From contig JBMGUZ010000004.1 of NCBI GenBank assembly GCA_051530055.1, positions 73,867-137,866 of the forward strand: a stretch of 64,000 bases of DNA. The letters run 5' to 3'. The notes beneath the pieces were generated by a model, which saw only the letters and a list, made by a program, of their open reading frames with translations, did no database searches and was not told the DNA's origin. A program made the translations under genes and the position numbers. Shown here piece by piece: positions 49,785 to 64,000 of this stretch (position 1 is its first letter; each line of letters starts with the position of its first letter). Source of the DNA: Neoechinorhynchus agilis (taxonomy: Eukaryota; Animalia; Acanthocephala).

Positions 49785-50355
49785 ACGTCGTGAGCCTAAA
49801 AATTGGAGCACGTGCTAATGCAATATCTTCTGATTTTGAGGAAATAACATACAGGAAAACAGAAACCGACTGCAGTGTTTTATTATTGCTTTATTTTTTT
49901 CGTTGTTTACATCGATTACATGTTAAATCCATCAGTCAAAGTTACGTCCGCCGCTTACTCATTGCAAAAAACGTTATAAGTTTTAAAAATTAAAACACGT
50001 GCTCATGCAATATCTTCTGATTTCGAGCAAATAACATACAGGAAAACATAAATCAACTGCAGTGTATAATTGGGCCTTTAGTTTTTACATCGAAAATATT
50101 GCGTCGTGAGCCTAAAAATTAGAACACGTGCTAATGCAATATCTTCTGATTTTGAGGAAATAACATACATGAAAAACGAAATCGACTGCAGTGTTTGATT
50201 TGTGCTTCAGTTCATTCGTTTCTTATATCGATAACATTAGGTCGTCAGCTTAAAAATTAAAACACGTACTCATGCAATATCTTCTGATTATGAGCAAATA
50301 ACATGCAGTAACATAGAAATCGACTGCTTTGTTTTATTGCCGCTTTATTTTCGTC
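49785..50355 (-). repeat. Satellite B (inverted)
   Basis: Reverse complement of ~9500-10020. Confidence 0.85.
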
Positions 50356-50469
50356 GTTGCAGCCTCCAACTACGCCCCCGATTCTCGTGTCGAAAATGCC
50401 AACAATCTAGCTCGGACGACCCCATCGCGAGAACCTGAAAGTAGAGAGCTGTGAGCTCTTGCGACGAGA

Positions 50470-51250
50470 GGTCTCTCCCATGGTTAGCGCCTGTCTGAAG
50501 GGAGAATGCGATCTGGCCAAGAGGATCTCCTTGCTGCACTCCTATTTCAGACCAAATGAGGTCATCTTCGAAAAGCAAAGGAGTCGTGGTCCCGTAGGCA
50601 TTGATAAAATACTGGAACGCTTCTGGTGCGTGATCCCTAATTAAGCAGAACATGCATTCTCTATTGATAGAGTTAAAGGCGTTCTGAAAATCACACTTAA
50701 GAATCACGCACGGCTTGGAACTCCTCGCAGTAAAGTTTCGGAGCGCGTGAACAATAGCTTCCGCCCCGCAGCATGTGTAGCAGCCAAGTTGGACTGGGCG
50801 CAGTTACTGCCTGTTTTTTCTCTGGGATATGTTTACAGAGAATTTTTTCTGCAAGTCGGAGTATCGTCGAAGATACGGCGATGGGACTAATCCCACCTTC
50901 TTTTCCGTGAGGGCACATAATGATGCTCGGAAAAATAGGTCTTTTGCAACGGAATTCAGGTCCTCTCCATTCAGGCGGTCGACTACCCGACAAAGCGCAC
51001 TTTATGAGAGAGCTGCTTCACCACTTGTAAAGGACATCATGTCCTTTAGCTGCTGAAGCCTTAGCCCGTTAAACCCATGACCCGAACCATTTGCAAAAGA
51101 TGAGATGACAATTTTTAACTCTGAAATTTTAGTGAGTGTCCTGTTTTGTATGGGAGGAGATGGAATTTCAAAACTGCCACTACTGCAGGGGTGTTTTGAC
51201 CGGAGTATTTGTAGTGTCTCGCTGTCTCCTGCAAAACGCTACTCTGTATT
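50470..51250 (-). mobile_element. CRE-clade RT fragment
   Basis: GSGHGFNGLRLQQLK, GGISPIAVSSTILRL, LKCDFQNAFNSINR, GVQQGDPLG. Confidence 0.8.
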
Positions 51251-51289
51251 GATTCTGTGTGCTTCAATTCAGGCGAGCGTATTTAAATA

Positions 51290-53362
51290 ACAACCGATGA
51301 TTAAAAGTGGTAACAAAATGATACATCAATTTGAGCATATCTGACGCGCTGAATTCAATGGTTTTATCCAATTTTAATCAATCTTGCAAATTTAGTGATC
51401 ATTGACTCTTGTGACGTTTCACCAAATATGATCATGTGATTTCCGACGTCAATAATACAGCTGTAGTTTGATAGATCAATTCATTTAGTACATCTTTATG
51501 CGCTGATTCCAAATCTGTATTCGGATCTGCGATAGCTGTCATGCATCTTGAGTTATTCGTTGTTCAATTTTGAGACTTATAACCTTGATAATTGATATTA
51601 AAACATCAATAAATTTAAGATCAATCAACTTTTCTAGATCTACTTTTGACGCTGAATACACCTGCAATAACGGCTCCTTGTTGCTTGTAAAATTTTGACA
51701 GTAAGTATTAAGATTCTTGTTCATATAAGATACCTGAATTATATCCATGCTGCTAAAAAGTGGTAACAAAATGATATATCAGTTTGAGCATATCTGACGC
51801 GTTGATTTCAATGGTGTTATCCAACTTTAATGAATCTTGCAAATTTAGTGATCTTTCACTCTTATGACTTTTCACAAAATAATATCATGTGATTTCCGAC
51901 GTAAACAATACAGCTGTAGTTTGCTATATCTGTTCATTTAGTACACCCTTACGCGCTGATTCCAAATCTGTATTGAGGTCTGCGATAGCTTTCATGGTTC
52001 TTGAGTTATTGGTTGTTCAATTTTGCGACTTATAACCTTGATTGTTGATATTATAACGTCAATAAATTTCCGATCAAGTTAGCTTTTCTATATCTACCTT
52101 TGACACAGAATACACCTGCAATAACGGCTTCTTTTGCTTGTTAAAATTTGACAGCAAGTATAAGGATACTTGCTCATATAAAACACCTGAATTATATCCA
52201 TGCTGCTTAAAAGTGGTAATAAAACTATATATCAATTTGAGCATATCTGAGATGCTGATTTCAATGGTGTTATCCAACATTAATGAATCTTGCAAATTTA
52301 GTGATCGTTCACTCTTATGACTTTTAACAAAATAATATCATGTGATTTCCGACGTAAACAATACAGCTGTAGTTTGCTATATCTGTTCATTTAGTACACC
52401 CTTACGCGCTGATTCCAAATCTGTATTGGGGTCTGCGATAGCTTTCATGGTTCTTGAGTTATTGGTTGTTCAATTTTGCGACCTATAACCTTGATTGTTG
52501 ATATTATAACGTCAATAAATTTCCGATCAAATTAACTTTTCTATATCTACTTTTGACGCCGAATACACCTGCAATAACGGCTTCTTTTTGCTTTTTAAAT
52601 TTTAACAGTAAGTATAAGGATACTTGCTCATATAAAACACCTGAATTATATCCATGCTGCTTAAAAGTGGTAATAAAACTATATATCAATTTGAGCATAT
52701 CTGAGGCGCTGATCTCAATGGTGTTATCCAACATTAATGAATCTTGCAAATTTAGTGATCGTTCACTCTTATGACTTTTGACCAAATATGATCATGCGAT
52801 TACCTTCGTGTCCAATTGAGCTGTAGCTTTCTAAATAAGTTCGTTTAGTACACCCTTGCGCGCTGATCCCAAATCTGTTTTCAGATCTGCGATGGCTGCC
52901 ATGGTTCTTGAGTTATTGGTTGTTTAATTTTGAGACCTATAACGTTTTATTATTGATACTCAAACATCAATAAATTTCAGATAAAATTAACTTTTCTAGG
53001 TCTAATTTTGATGCTGAATACACCTGTAATAACGGCTTCTTGTTGCTTGTAAAATTTTGACAGTAAGTATAAAGATTCTTGTTCATATATAGCACCTGAA
53101 TTATATCCATGCTGCTTAAAAGTGGTAACAAAATGATATATCAATTTGAACATGTCTGACGCGCGGATTTCCATGGTGTTATCCAATTTTAATGAATCTT
53201 GCAAATTTAGTTATCGTTCACTCCTGTAACTTTTGACCAAGCATGGTCATGCGATTTCCGACGTCAATAATACAGCTGTAGCTTTCTAGATCCGTTCATT
53301 TAGTACGCTTTTACGCGCTGATTCCAAATCTGTATTCCGATTATTCGTTGTTCAATTTTGAG
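51290..53362 (-). repeat. ~454-bp satellite C array (inverted)
   Basis: gcgctgattccaaatctgtatt recurs at ~454-460-bp spacing. Confidence 0.9.
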
Positions 53363-53364
53363 AC

Positions 53365-56300
53365 CTTACGCGCTTTTAGAAAAACATTATCAATACAAAA
53401 AATACCCGAGGTTTTAAAGCGCATTCGTATGCTACTTCTTAGTGCTTCGCTTTAATTCTGACGCGCTTATGGAAAACACCATCAATAAAATAAATACAAG
53501 TGATTTAAAAACGCACTCGTGCACTTACTCCTAGTGCTTCAATTTACTTTGGACGCGAATTTGGCAAATATTATCAATCAAATAAAAGCAAGAGATATGA
53601 AAACGCATTCGTGTACTCACTCTTAATGCTTCGCTTAAACCTAGGGGCGATTTCTAAAAAAACATCATCGATACAGTAAGAACAATAGATTTTGAAGAGC
53701 ATTTGTGTACTCACTCTTAGTGCTACCCTTTAATTTTGAAGCGCTTTTGGAAAACATTATCAATACAATTAAAACAAGAGATTTGAAAACGCATTCGTGT
53801 ACTCACTCTTAGTGCTTCGCTTTAATTCGGACGCCCTTTTAGAAAACATTATCAATACAATAAAAACAAGAGGTTTGAAAACGCATTGGTGTACTCACTC
53901 TTAGTGCTTCGTTTTAATTTAGACGCGCTTTTGGAAAACACCATCAATCCAATAAAAACAAGGGATTTAAAAACGCTTTCGTGTACTCACTTATCGTGCT
54001 TCGCTTTAATTCAGACGCTCTTTCGGAAAACATTATCAATCCAATAAAAACAAAAGATTTAAAAACGCATTCGTTTACTCACTCTTAGTGCTTCCCTTTA
54101 AATTAGACGCGCTTTTGGAATATATTATCAATAAAATAAAAACTCAAGATTTGAAAACGCATCCGTGTACTCACTCATCGTGCTTCGCCTAAAATTAGAC
54201 GCGCTATTAAAAAACATTATTAATACAATAAAAACAAAAGATATGAAAATGCATTCGTGTACTCACTATTGGTATTTCACTTTAATTTAGACGGGCTTTT
54301 GCAAAACATTATCAATCAGATAATAACTAGAGATTTGAAAACGTATTATTGTACTAACTCTTAGTGTCTCGCTTTAATTTAGACGCGGTTTCGGAAAACA
54401 TTATCATTAAAATAAAAAAAGAGATTTGAAAACGCATTCTAGGCCTAACTCCTAGTGCTCCACTATAATTTGGACGCGCTTTTAGAAAACATTATCAATC
54501 AAATAAAAAAAGAGATTATAAAACGCATTCGTGTACTCACTCTTAGTGCTTCACTTCAATTTTACGCGCTTTTAGAAAAACATTATCAATTTAATAAAAA
54601 CCCGAGATTTTAAAACGCATTCGTTTGCCAATTCTTAGTGCTTCGCTTTAATTCTGACGCGCTTATGGAAAACACTATCAAAAAAATAAAAACAAGAGAT
54701 TTTAAAATGCATTCGTGTACTCACTCTTAATGCTGCGCTAAAACCTAGAAGCGTTTTCTAAAAACATTATCAATACAATAAAAACAATAGATTTTAAAAA
54801 TCATTCGTGTACTCACTAATAAAAACCAGAGATTTTAAAACGCATTCGTTAACTCAGTTTTAGTGCTACGCAATGATTTTGACGCGCTTTTGGAAAACAT
54901 TATCCATACAATTAAAACAAGAGATTTGGAAACGCATTCGTTTACTCACTCTTAGTACTTCGCTTATATTAGAGGCGCTTTTTAAAAACATTATCATTAA
55001 AATAATAACAAGAGATTTAAAAACGCATTCGTGTACTTACTCTCAGTGGTTCACTTTAATTTAAGCGCGCGCTCGGAAAGCAGTATCAATCGAATGAATA
55101 CTCGAGATTTGAAAACGCATTCGTGTATCAACTCTAAATGCTTCGCTTTAATTTAGACGCGCTTTTAGAAAACAATATCAATCAAATAAGAACAAGAGAT
55201 TTAAAAACACAGTCGTGTACTAACTCTTAGTGCTTCGCTTTATTTTTGACGCGCTTTTGGAAAACATTGTCAATACAATTAAAACTAGAGATTTTAAAAC
55301 GCATTCGTGTTCTCACTATTAGTGCTTCGCTTTGATTTAGATTCGCGTTTATGGAAAACATTATCAATAAAATTAGAACAAGAGATTTGGAAACGCATTT
55401 GTATACTCACTCTTGGTGGTTCGCTTTTATTTAGACGCGCTGTTGGAAAACATTATCAATTAAATAAAAACAAGAGAATTGGAAACGCATTCGTTTAAGA
55501 ACTCTGAGATATTCGCTTTGATTTTGACGCGCTTTAGGAAAACATCATCAATACAATAAAAACAAGAGATTTGAAAACGCATTCGTGTTCTAACTCTTAG
55601 TGCTTTGCCTTGATTTTGGACCCGTTTTTAGATTTAAAAACGCATTCGGGTACTCACTCCTAGTGCTTCGCTTTAATTTTGACGCTTACGGAAAACATTA
55701 TTAATCAAATAGAAAACAAGAGATTATAAAACACATTCGTGTACTTATTCCTAGTACTTAACTTTACTTTAGACACGCTTTTCGAAAACATTACCGATAC
55801 AATAAAAACAAGAGATATGAAAACGTATTCGTGTACTCACTTTTAGTTCTTCACTTTAATTTTTACTTGCATTTGGAAAATATTATTAGTCAAATAAAAA
55901 CAGGATATTTGAAAACGAATCTGTGTAGTCACTTTTAGTGCTTCGCTTTAATTTAGAAGCGCTTTTGGAATCCATTATCTATACAATAAAAACAAGAGAT
56001 GAAAACGCATTCGTGTACTCACTCTTAGTGCTTCACTTTAATTTAGACGCGCTTTTGGAATACCTTATCAACTTTATAAAAACTCGAGATTTTAAAACGC
56101 AGTCGTGCACCTTCTCTTAGTGCTTCGCTTTAATTTAGACGCGCGTACGGAAAAAATTATCGATCATATAACATCAAGAGATTTAAAAACGCGTTCGTGT
56201 ATCCACTCTTATATATTAGCTTTTATTTAGACACACTTGTGGAAAACATTATCAATCAAATAAAAACAAGAGATTTGGAAACCCATTCGTGTTCTCACTC

Positions 56301-57357
56301 TTAGTGCTTAACTTCAATTTGGGTGCGCGTATGGAAAACATTATCAATAAAATTAGAACAGGAGATTATGAAACGCATTTGTGTACTCACTCTTAGTGGT
56401 TCGCTTTAATCTAGACGCGCTTTATCAATCAAATAAAAACAAGAGATTTGGAAACGCATTCGTGTACTCACTCTTAGTGCTTAACTTCAATTTGGGTGCG
56501 CGTATGGAAAACATTATCAATAAAATTAGAACAGGAGATTATGAAACGCATTTGTGTACTCACTCTTAGTGGTTCGCTTTAATCTAGACGCGCTTTATCA
56601 ATCAAATAAAAACAAGAGATTTGGAAACGCATTCGTGTACTCACTCTTAGTGTTTATCTTTAATTTAGACGCGCTTTTGGAAAACATTATCAATCAAATA
56701 AAAATTCGAGATTTGAAAACGCATTCGTGTACTAACTCTTGGTGCTTCACTTTAATTGGGAAGGGCTTTTAAAGAACATTATCATTCAAATAATAACGCG
56801 AGATTTTAAAACGCATTCGTGTACTCACTCTTAGTGTTTCTCTTTAAATTAGACGCGCTTTTGCAAAACATTATCAATCATAAAAAACTCGACATTTAAA
56901 AATGCAGCCGTGTACGCACTCTTAGTGCCTCGCTTTAATTTTGACGCGCTTTTGGAAAACATTATCAATCAAATAAAAACTAGAGATTTGAAAACGCATT
57001 AGTGTACTCACTTTTTGTGCTACGCCTTGATTTTGACGCGCTTTTGGATTACATTATCAATCAAATAAAAACAAAAGATTAGAAAGCGCATTCGTGTACT
57101 CACTCTCAGTTCTTCGCTTTTCTTTAGACACGCTTTTGGAAAACATTACCAATAAAATAAAAACAAGAGATATGAAAACGTTTTCGTGGACTCACTCTTA
57201 GTTCTTCACTTTAATTTTTACGTGCATTTGGAAAACACTATCAATCAAAGAAAAACAAGAGATTTAAAAACGCATTCGTGTACTAACTCCTAGTGCTTCA
57301 CTTAAATTTAGACGCGATTTTGGAAAATATTATTAATCAAATATAAACAAGAGATTC
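53365..57357 (-). repeat. 92-bp satellite A array (inverted), with a recent 173-bp duplication at ~56.3-56.65 kb
   Basis: Reverse-complement units. Identical pseudo-ORF starts at 56381 and 56554. Confidence 0.93.
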
Positions 57358-58139
57358 CATAATGGATCTCCCGTTCTCGCGACTTCCTAAACAGTTTCCA
57401 AGACTTCACTTAGAGTTCAATTCCACGCCAACAAGCTTCAGCCGCTGGCACCCACACTGCCCCAACTTGATTCTCCTAAGTGCAACTATTTTGCGGGCGC
57501 TGGCCATGCCCCGGAAAAAAATGCCCTAATTTTTACAATAAATGATGTGTTAGCTGGCAGGGACCACCCTAGTCCTTCTTTAGGGATGCACCGAGTTAAA
57601 AGTTTTCGGCATAAACAAAAAAAACCGCTTCGTCGAGATCATGGGCTGCCCAAAATCGACGCAGTTTCCTCTTTTCATCAATACAGCATCGGTCACGTCA
57701 CAGCCTCAAGTAAAGTGTCAATTAGTTACATTGGAACACCTTGATTGACTATGGATTGACTATTTGGGGAAGCCTGCAGTAAGCTACTCACTATCATGTG
57801 GGCTCGTTTTACCGAATTAATAATAGCATGTTTCTTCTTGAAAGTACAAAGATAGAATAGGCGGACCCATGTACCTTTGGATCATCACATGCATCTATGT
57901 TCACAATTGTTCAAAAAAGAAAAGCGTATCCGTTAGGATGGGAATATCCAATCGAGGGATGTCCGTTCGGGTGGTAATATATGGTCGGAGGGATGTCTGT
58001 TTGGGTGGCGTTCGTTTGAGAATATCCGGTTGGATTGGAAGGTCCGTCCTCGAGGGAATTGGTGTTTATTGTTCGCAGGAGCGCTTGTAAGGTTAGCCTT
58101 TCCTCTAGTACATTTCACGTTCTGATACCCGAGAAAATT

Positions 58140-58845
58140 GGGCAGCATGCAAAAAAGGAGCGCAGGTACAGGGAGGAGCGAGGTTGATGGATGATGAAAC
58201 GAGTTAGGATTACGAGTGTTGTGCTCGTGTGAAGAGGGAGCGATATGTGGAAGAAATTGTGGTGGTAGGGTTGAGAGGCGTTTTGATTGTTTAATGAAAA
58301 TAGCATCAAGGCATTCGGTGAGAGGGAGAAAGTCAGCTGTGTAAATTTTAGATGCTCTTTTATGAAGAATTTCAAGACGGCGGATTTGAGATTTGGAAAG
58401 ATTGCAAAATAGGAGATAACCGTAGGTGGGGGAAGGTAAAATAAAGCAGAAGTAAAATTTGAGAGATCGGCTGAAGGGGTTCCTAAATGTCGGAGGCGTT
58501 TTAGGAGATAAATTTTAAAGGTATTGTGCTTGAGGGAGAGAGTGATGTGGGAGTTCCATTTCAAATTTTATTGAAATTGGATGCTCAAAGTTCTTAGGGA
58601 GTTACTCGTAGAATGTCATTTAGAAGCTCAGGGGATGATGTGGGGTTACAGGCGAAGGGGAATCATTTCGAAGCATTTAGAGAAATTCAGGTGGAGTTGG
58701 TGATTGGTGCAGAAATCTTTTATGTGTGTGATTTCTTTAGTGGTTAAGGAAATGGAGAGGTGAGGTGGTGAATTGGTGATAAGGGTGATATCGTCGCTGT
58801 ATAGGAAGAGTTTAGAGTTGGAGGAGAAAGGTTTTTTGGTCGTTG
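58140..58845 (-). mobile_element. L2/CR1-group LINE 3' fragment
   Basis: KWNSHI..KIYLLKRLRHLG..SYF. Near-identical to 45670-46050. Confidence 0.8.
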
Positions 58846-61800
58846 ACGCTGAATTCGCCTTCTATAACGGTTTGATGTGGCTTATTAAATTTTGAAACTT
58901 GCTTTTAGGATTGAAGTTCATAAAAGACACCTGAATCAAATCTGTAATGCTCGTAAGTTGTTACGAAATGAGAAAACATTTTGAGCGCATCTAACTCGCT
59001 GATTTCAATAGTGTAATTTAATTTTAATGAATCTGGACAAATTTGGTAATTTTTCACTCTTGTGAGTATTGACCAAATATGATAATGCAATTTCCGATGC
59101 GAATATTGCAGCAGTGGTGTACGGAATCAGTTAATTTTTTACATCTTAACCCGCTGATTCCGAATCTGTATTCGGATTAACGATAGCTACCATGGTTCTT
59201 GATTTATTCGTTGTTACAATTTTCGACCAACTACCTTGATTATTGATATTAAAACATCAACAAATTTAAAATCAAATTAACTTTTCTAGATCTACTTTTG
59301 ACGCTTTATTCGCCTGCAATAACGGTTTGATGTGGCTTGTTTAATTTTGACACCTAGTTTTAGGATTCAAGTTCATAAAGGACACCTGAATTACATCTGT
59401 GGTGCTCGTAAGTTGTTACGAAATGAGAAAACATTTTGAGCATATCTAATGCGCTGATTCCAATGGTGTTATCTAGTTTTAATGAATCTTGCAAATTTAG
59501 TGATTTTACACTTTTGTGAATATTTACAAAATATGATAATGCGATTTTCGATGCGAATATTACAGCTGCTGTGTACGGAATAAGTTAATTTAGTACGTCT
59601 TAACGCGCTGATTCGAAATCTGTATTCGATTAACAATAGCTGTCATGGTTCTTGAGTTATTCGTTGTTACATTTTGCGAATAACAACCTTGATTATTGAT
59701 ATTAAAACATCAACAAATTCAAGATAAAATGAACTTTTCTAGATTTTCTTTTGACGCTGAATTCACCTGCAATAACGGCTTTATGTGGCTTGTTAAATTT
59801 TTAAACTTATTTTTAGGATTGAAGTTCAAAAAAGACACCTGAATTATATCTGTGGTACTCAAAAGTTGTTACGAAATGATAAAACATTTTGAGCATATCT
59901 AATGCGCTGATTTCAATGGTGTTATCTAATTTTAATGAATCTTGCAAATTTGGTGATCTTTCATTCTAGTGAGTATTGACCAAATATGATAATGCGATTT
60001 CCGATGCGAATATTGCAGCCGTAGTGTACGGAATCAGTTAATTTAGTACATCTTAACGCGCTGATTCCAAATCTGTATTCGATTAACGACAGCTGTCATG
60101 GTTCTTGAGTTATTCGTTGTTACATTTTGCGAATAACAACCTTGATTATTAATATTAAAACATCAATAAATTTAAGATGAAATTAACTTTTCTAGATCTA
60201 CTTTTTATCCTGAATCAACCTGCAATAACGGTTTGATGTGGCTTTTTTAATTTTGACACTTAGTTTTAGGATTGAAGTTACTTAAACGAAACCAGAATTA
60301 TATCTGTGGTGCTCGAAAGTTGTTACGAAATGATAAAACATTTTGAGCATATCTGATGCGCTGATTTCAATGGTTGCAAATTTAGCGATCTTTCACTCTT
60401 GTGAATATTGACCAAATATGACAAATCGATTTCCGATGCGAATATTACAGCTGTAGTGTACGGAATCAGTTAGTTTAGTACATCTTAACGCGCTGATTCC
60501 AAATCTTTATTCGGATTTGCGATAGCTGTCATGGTTCTTGAATTATTCGTTGTTAGATTTTGCGAATAACTACCTTGATTATAGATATTAAAACATCAAT
60601 AGATTTAAGATAAAATAAACTTTTTTAGATCTACTTTTGACGCTGAATTCGCCTGCAATAACGGTTTGATGTAGCGTGTTAAATTTGGACACCTAGTTTT
60701 AGGATCGAAGTTCAAAAAAGACACCTCAATTAAATCTGCGGTGCTCGAAAGTTGTTACGAAATGATATAACATTTTGAGCAAATCTAATGCGCTGATTTC
60801 AATGGTGTTATCTTATTTTAATGAATCTTTCAAATTTGGTGATCTTTCACTCTTGTGAGAATTGACCAAATATGACAATGCGATTTCCGATGCGAATATT
60901 ATAGCTGTAGTGTACGGAATAAGTTAGTTTTTTACATCTTAACGCGCTGATTCCAAATCTTCATTGGGATTTGCGATAGGTGTTGTGGTTCTTGAGGTAT
61001 TCGTTGTTACATTTTCCGAATAACTACCTTGATTATTGATAATAAAACATCAATAAATTTAAGATAAAATAAACTTCTCTAGATCTACCTTTGACGCTGA
61101 ATTATCTTGCAATAACTGTTTGATGTGGCTTGTTAAATCTTGACACTTAGTTTTAGGATTGAAGTTCATATAAGACACCTTAATTAAATCTGTGGTGCTC
61201 GAAAGTTGTTACGAAATGATAAAACATTTTGAGCATATCTAATGCGCTGATTTCAATGGTGTTATCTAATTTTAATGAATCTTGCAAATTTGGTGATCTT
61301 TCACTCTTGTGAATATTAACCAAATATGACAATGCGATTTCCGATGCGAATATTATAGCTGTAGTGTACGGAATCAGTTAGTTTTTTACATCTTAGCGCG
61401 CTGATTCCAAATCTTTATTCGGATTTGCGATAGCTGTCATGGTTCTTTAGGTATTCGTTGTTACATTTTGCGAATAACTACCTTGATTACTGATAATAAA
61501 ACATAAATAAATTTAAGATAAAATAAACTTTTCTAGATCTACCGTTGACGCTGAATTCACCTGCAATAACGGTTTGATGTGGCTTGTTAAATTTTGACAC
61601 TTAGGTTCAGGATGGAGGTTCATAAAAGACACCTTAATTAAATCTGTGGTGCTCGAAAGTTGTTACGAAATGATAAAACATTTTGAGCATATCTAATGCG
61701 CTGATTTCAATGGTGTTATCTAATTTTAATGAATCTTGCAAATTTGGTGATCTTTCACTCTTGTGAATATTAACCAAATTTGATAATGCGATTCCCGATG

Positions 61801-61885
61801 CGAATATTACAGCTGTAGTTTACGGAATCAGTTAATTTAGTACATCATAACGCGCTGATTCAAAATCTGTGTGCGGATTTGCGAT
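58846..61885 (-). repeat. ~455-bp satellite C array
   Basis: About 6.5 units; anchors near 59153, 59608, 60061 and onward. Confidence 0.92.
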
Positions 61886-61909
61886 AGCTATCGAACAGAG
61901 CGTCGTGTC

Positions 61910-62055
61910 GGGCGATGTTCAAGACGTCATTCAACATTTTGTTGACGTCACCGAAACTTTTGATGATGTCACCGAAATTTTTGATGACGTCACAAAATTT
62001 TTGATGACGTCACAAATTTTTTTGATGACGTCACCAACATTTTTGATGACGTCAT
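61910..62055 (+). repeat. Short patch of the 21-bp TGACGTCA satellite
   Basis: ttttgatgacgtcacaaaat x ~6. Confidence 0.85.
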
Positions 62056-63111
62056 AAAGCACGCAGTAATGAGTGCGCGGTTTAAGACCTACACCGGAGC
62101 GAAAGCACATTATCGGGATCTTGATCAAGATAATCGTATTTACAAGAATATCCAGGACTATATATCCAGCATCGGCGGAACTTTATTGGATGAAACCGCT
62201 GTAAATTTGAAGCAAATGGTTATCCAGTACCATGAGAAAATGTGGGAGAACGCAATAATTCAATCCCTTGGAATGGAAGCGTTCACATCTGGACTTTTGG
62301 AGCATTCTCTGCTAAACTTTCGATACAGGCAAGACAGCCATCAAAGTTACACCATGCTGGTGAAAATGCGCTATCATCTTCTTGACGTAGCGTCAAGTCT
62401 TTCAAGGATGGACAAAACACGCAGTCGGAATTGCCGTCACTGTACGGCACCAGCAGAGACGCAAACTCATGTCCTTATCCAATGCCCGAGGAATACAACT
62501 AAAATGGTAGAGCGCCATGATGTGGTCCAAGGACGCTTTATATGGGCCTTACAGAAGCGATGGGGCTCTTGGTTGGAGATTCATACCGAGAACCGTATAC
62601 ACGATAAGCAAGGTCAGCTTTATAAACCGGATCTCCTCCTCATTGACCGACAGAAAAAGAAAGCGAACATCATCGATTTTGCGGTCTACTATGAGACAAC
62701 AAAGGACCGAGGGGAAAATATTATGGTGGAAAAAGAAAACAAATACAAACATATCGCAGAACAAATTGCAACGCTACACAATCTGGAACAGCACGACGTG
62801 AAAACAATCGGATTGGCAGTTGGAACGCGAGGCACGTACACGCTGGAATTACTGAAAAGATTACGCGCGTTCAACTTATCGGAGAAGACCGCGGTAAATA
62901 TGGCCCAAACAGTGGCCGAGAAGTCATTTCAAGTTTACAATAACTTTATGGACCACACTTGGTCACTGCGTTGACAGGGAAACAAATTACAATTGAATTA
63001 AAAAGAAATTAAGAGCAACAAAAAAGAAAGAAAACCTAAAAACGAAACAAAGCCAATGATTGGAAAGAATATAAAAATTATTTATTTGCAGACACCTAAT
63101 AAATGCGACTT
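62056..63111 (+). mobile_element. R2-like 3' fragment 'G' (open 301-aa thumb-knuckle-REL ORF, 62069-62974) ending at the canonical R2 site
   Basis: CRHC..ETQTHVLIQC, ERHDVVQ, YKPDLL, IIDFAVYYE, KENKY. 3' end aataaatgcgactt|tagcc. Same lineage as E. Confidence 0.92.
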
Positions 63112-63143
<32 letters not shown>

Positions 63144-63216
63144 TGCATGAATGGATTATTGAGATTGCTACTGTCCCTGTCTACAGCCTAGCGTAACCAC
63201 AGCCAAGGGAATGGGC
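63112..63216 (+). rRNA. 28S: ~105-bp 28S fragment downstream of the R2 site
   Basis: tagccaaatgcctcgtcatctaattagtgacgtgcatgaatggatt...cacagccaagggaatgggc. Confidence 0.92.
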
Positions 63217-63600
63217 GCAAAATCTACTGAGAAAACTGTCAACGTATATTCGAAGTAATTAGTGGCCCCGCGCCCATCGGTTACGAAGCGCTCATCTTTA
63301 GATGACGCTCATCGTACGGATCAACAGCAACCCCAACATCATCAAATGAACAAACAAACGAAAACCGAGTGTGGCCAAAGACCAAGCAGCAATAATCGGA
63401 CAAGCAAAAGAATAAGAATACATTGTCCGATCGATCAAATCAATACGCTTCTTTGCCCGGTATGCAGTCTCGGGTGTGTTGGGCAGTCAAAATTTAAGCT
63501 ACTACTCGCACACCTCCATGGGGCCCATGAATTTGCGGAGGTGATTTGGGTCTGTCTAATGTGTGACATTTTCGAGCATCGGGAATCTCCGAGTGTTGGA
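63217..63600 (+). mobile_element. R2-like 5' fragment 'H' (first CCHH finger and start of the CCHC finger)
   Basis: CPVCSLGCVGQSKFKLLLAHLHGAH, WVCLMCDIFEHRESPSVG align with ZF1/ZF2 of A and D. Confidence 0.78.
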
Positions 63601-63632
63601 CTACCCGCTTCGAATATTGCAGTTGTAGTTTA

Positions 63633-64000
63633 TCTTTGGTCCGTTGTTTGTGGGCTGCGCCGACTGCCAGTGCTGAGGCATCGGTGGCATTGGCGAACGC
63701 TGCTTGGCTCGTTGGGTTGAGCAAGGAAGTCCGTGTGTCACGACGCTTCGCTGGGCCAGATGTCGAGCAACCGAGTTGAACCTCGGTGCGATGACGGCGT
63801 GTTGCTGGCAGCTGGGCCTGATCAGGACGCTGACCAGGCCGGTCTCGTTGTGGTAAGGACAGCCGGGTATTGGAGGAGCAAGGCCTCGATGTTGTTGATG
63901 GGCCTGGTCAGGACGCTGACTAGGCCGGTCTCGTCGGGGAGGATCGAACTACCAGGTGCCGTCTTTGGTCCGTTGTTTGTGGGCTGCGCCGACTGCCAGT
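63633..64000. repeat. GC-rich 243-bp repeat family (same as 2711-3267), with a variant unit
   Basis: tctttggtccgttgtttgtgggctgcgccgactgccagt and flanking sequence. Confidence 0.9.

Overview
Eukaryotic (probably invertebrate metazoan) heterochromatin-like patchwork with no intact host gene. It contains four AT-rich satellites (21-bp TGACGTCA repeat, 92-bp satA, 135/205-bp satB, ~454-bp satC), a GC-rich 243-bp repeat, and orphan fragments of a divergent 28S rRNA gene. There are at least ten pieces of R2-like REL-endonuclease retrotransposons, three of which end exactly at the canonical 28S R2 site (TAGCC). There is also debris of RTE, L2/CR1-group, CRE-clade, Penelope-like and Ty3/gypsy elements. 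Most notable: (1) the R2-like proteins have four N-terminal zinc fingers (CCHH-CCHC twice), no recognisable Myb domain, and an apparently catalytically dead OTU-like domain before the RT; (2) satB carries a degenerate copy of the 28S R2 target with the cleavage-site bases deleted; (3) a CRE-clade insertion shows twin-priming structure (5' inversion, A-tail, 11-bp TSD); (4) a 200-bp inverted repeat carries hammerhead core motifs in non-canonical order. All alignments were done by eye, and most boundaries are approximate (about +/-20 bp) unless a junction is quoted.
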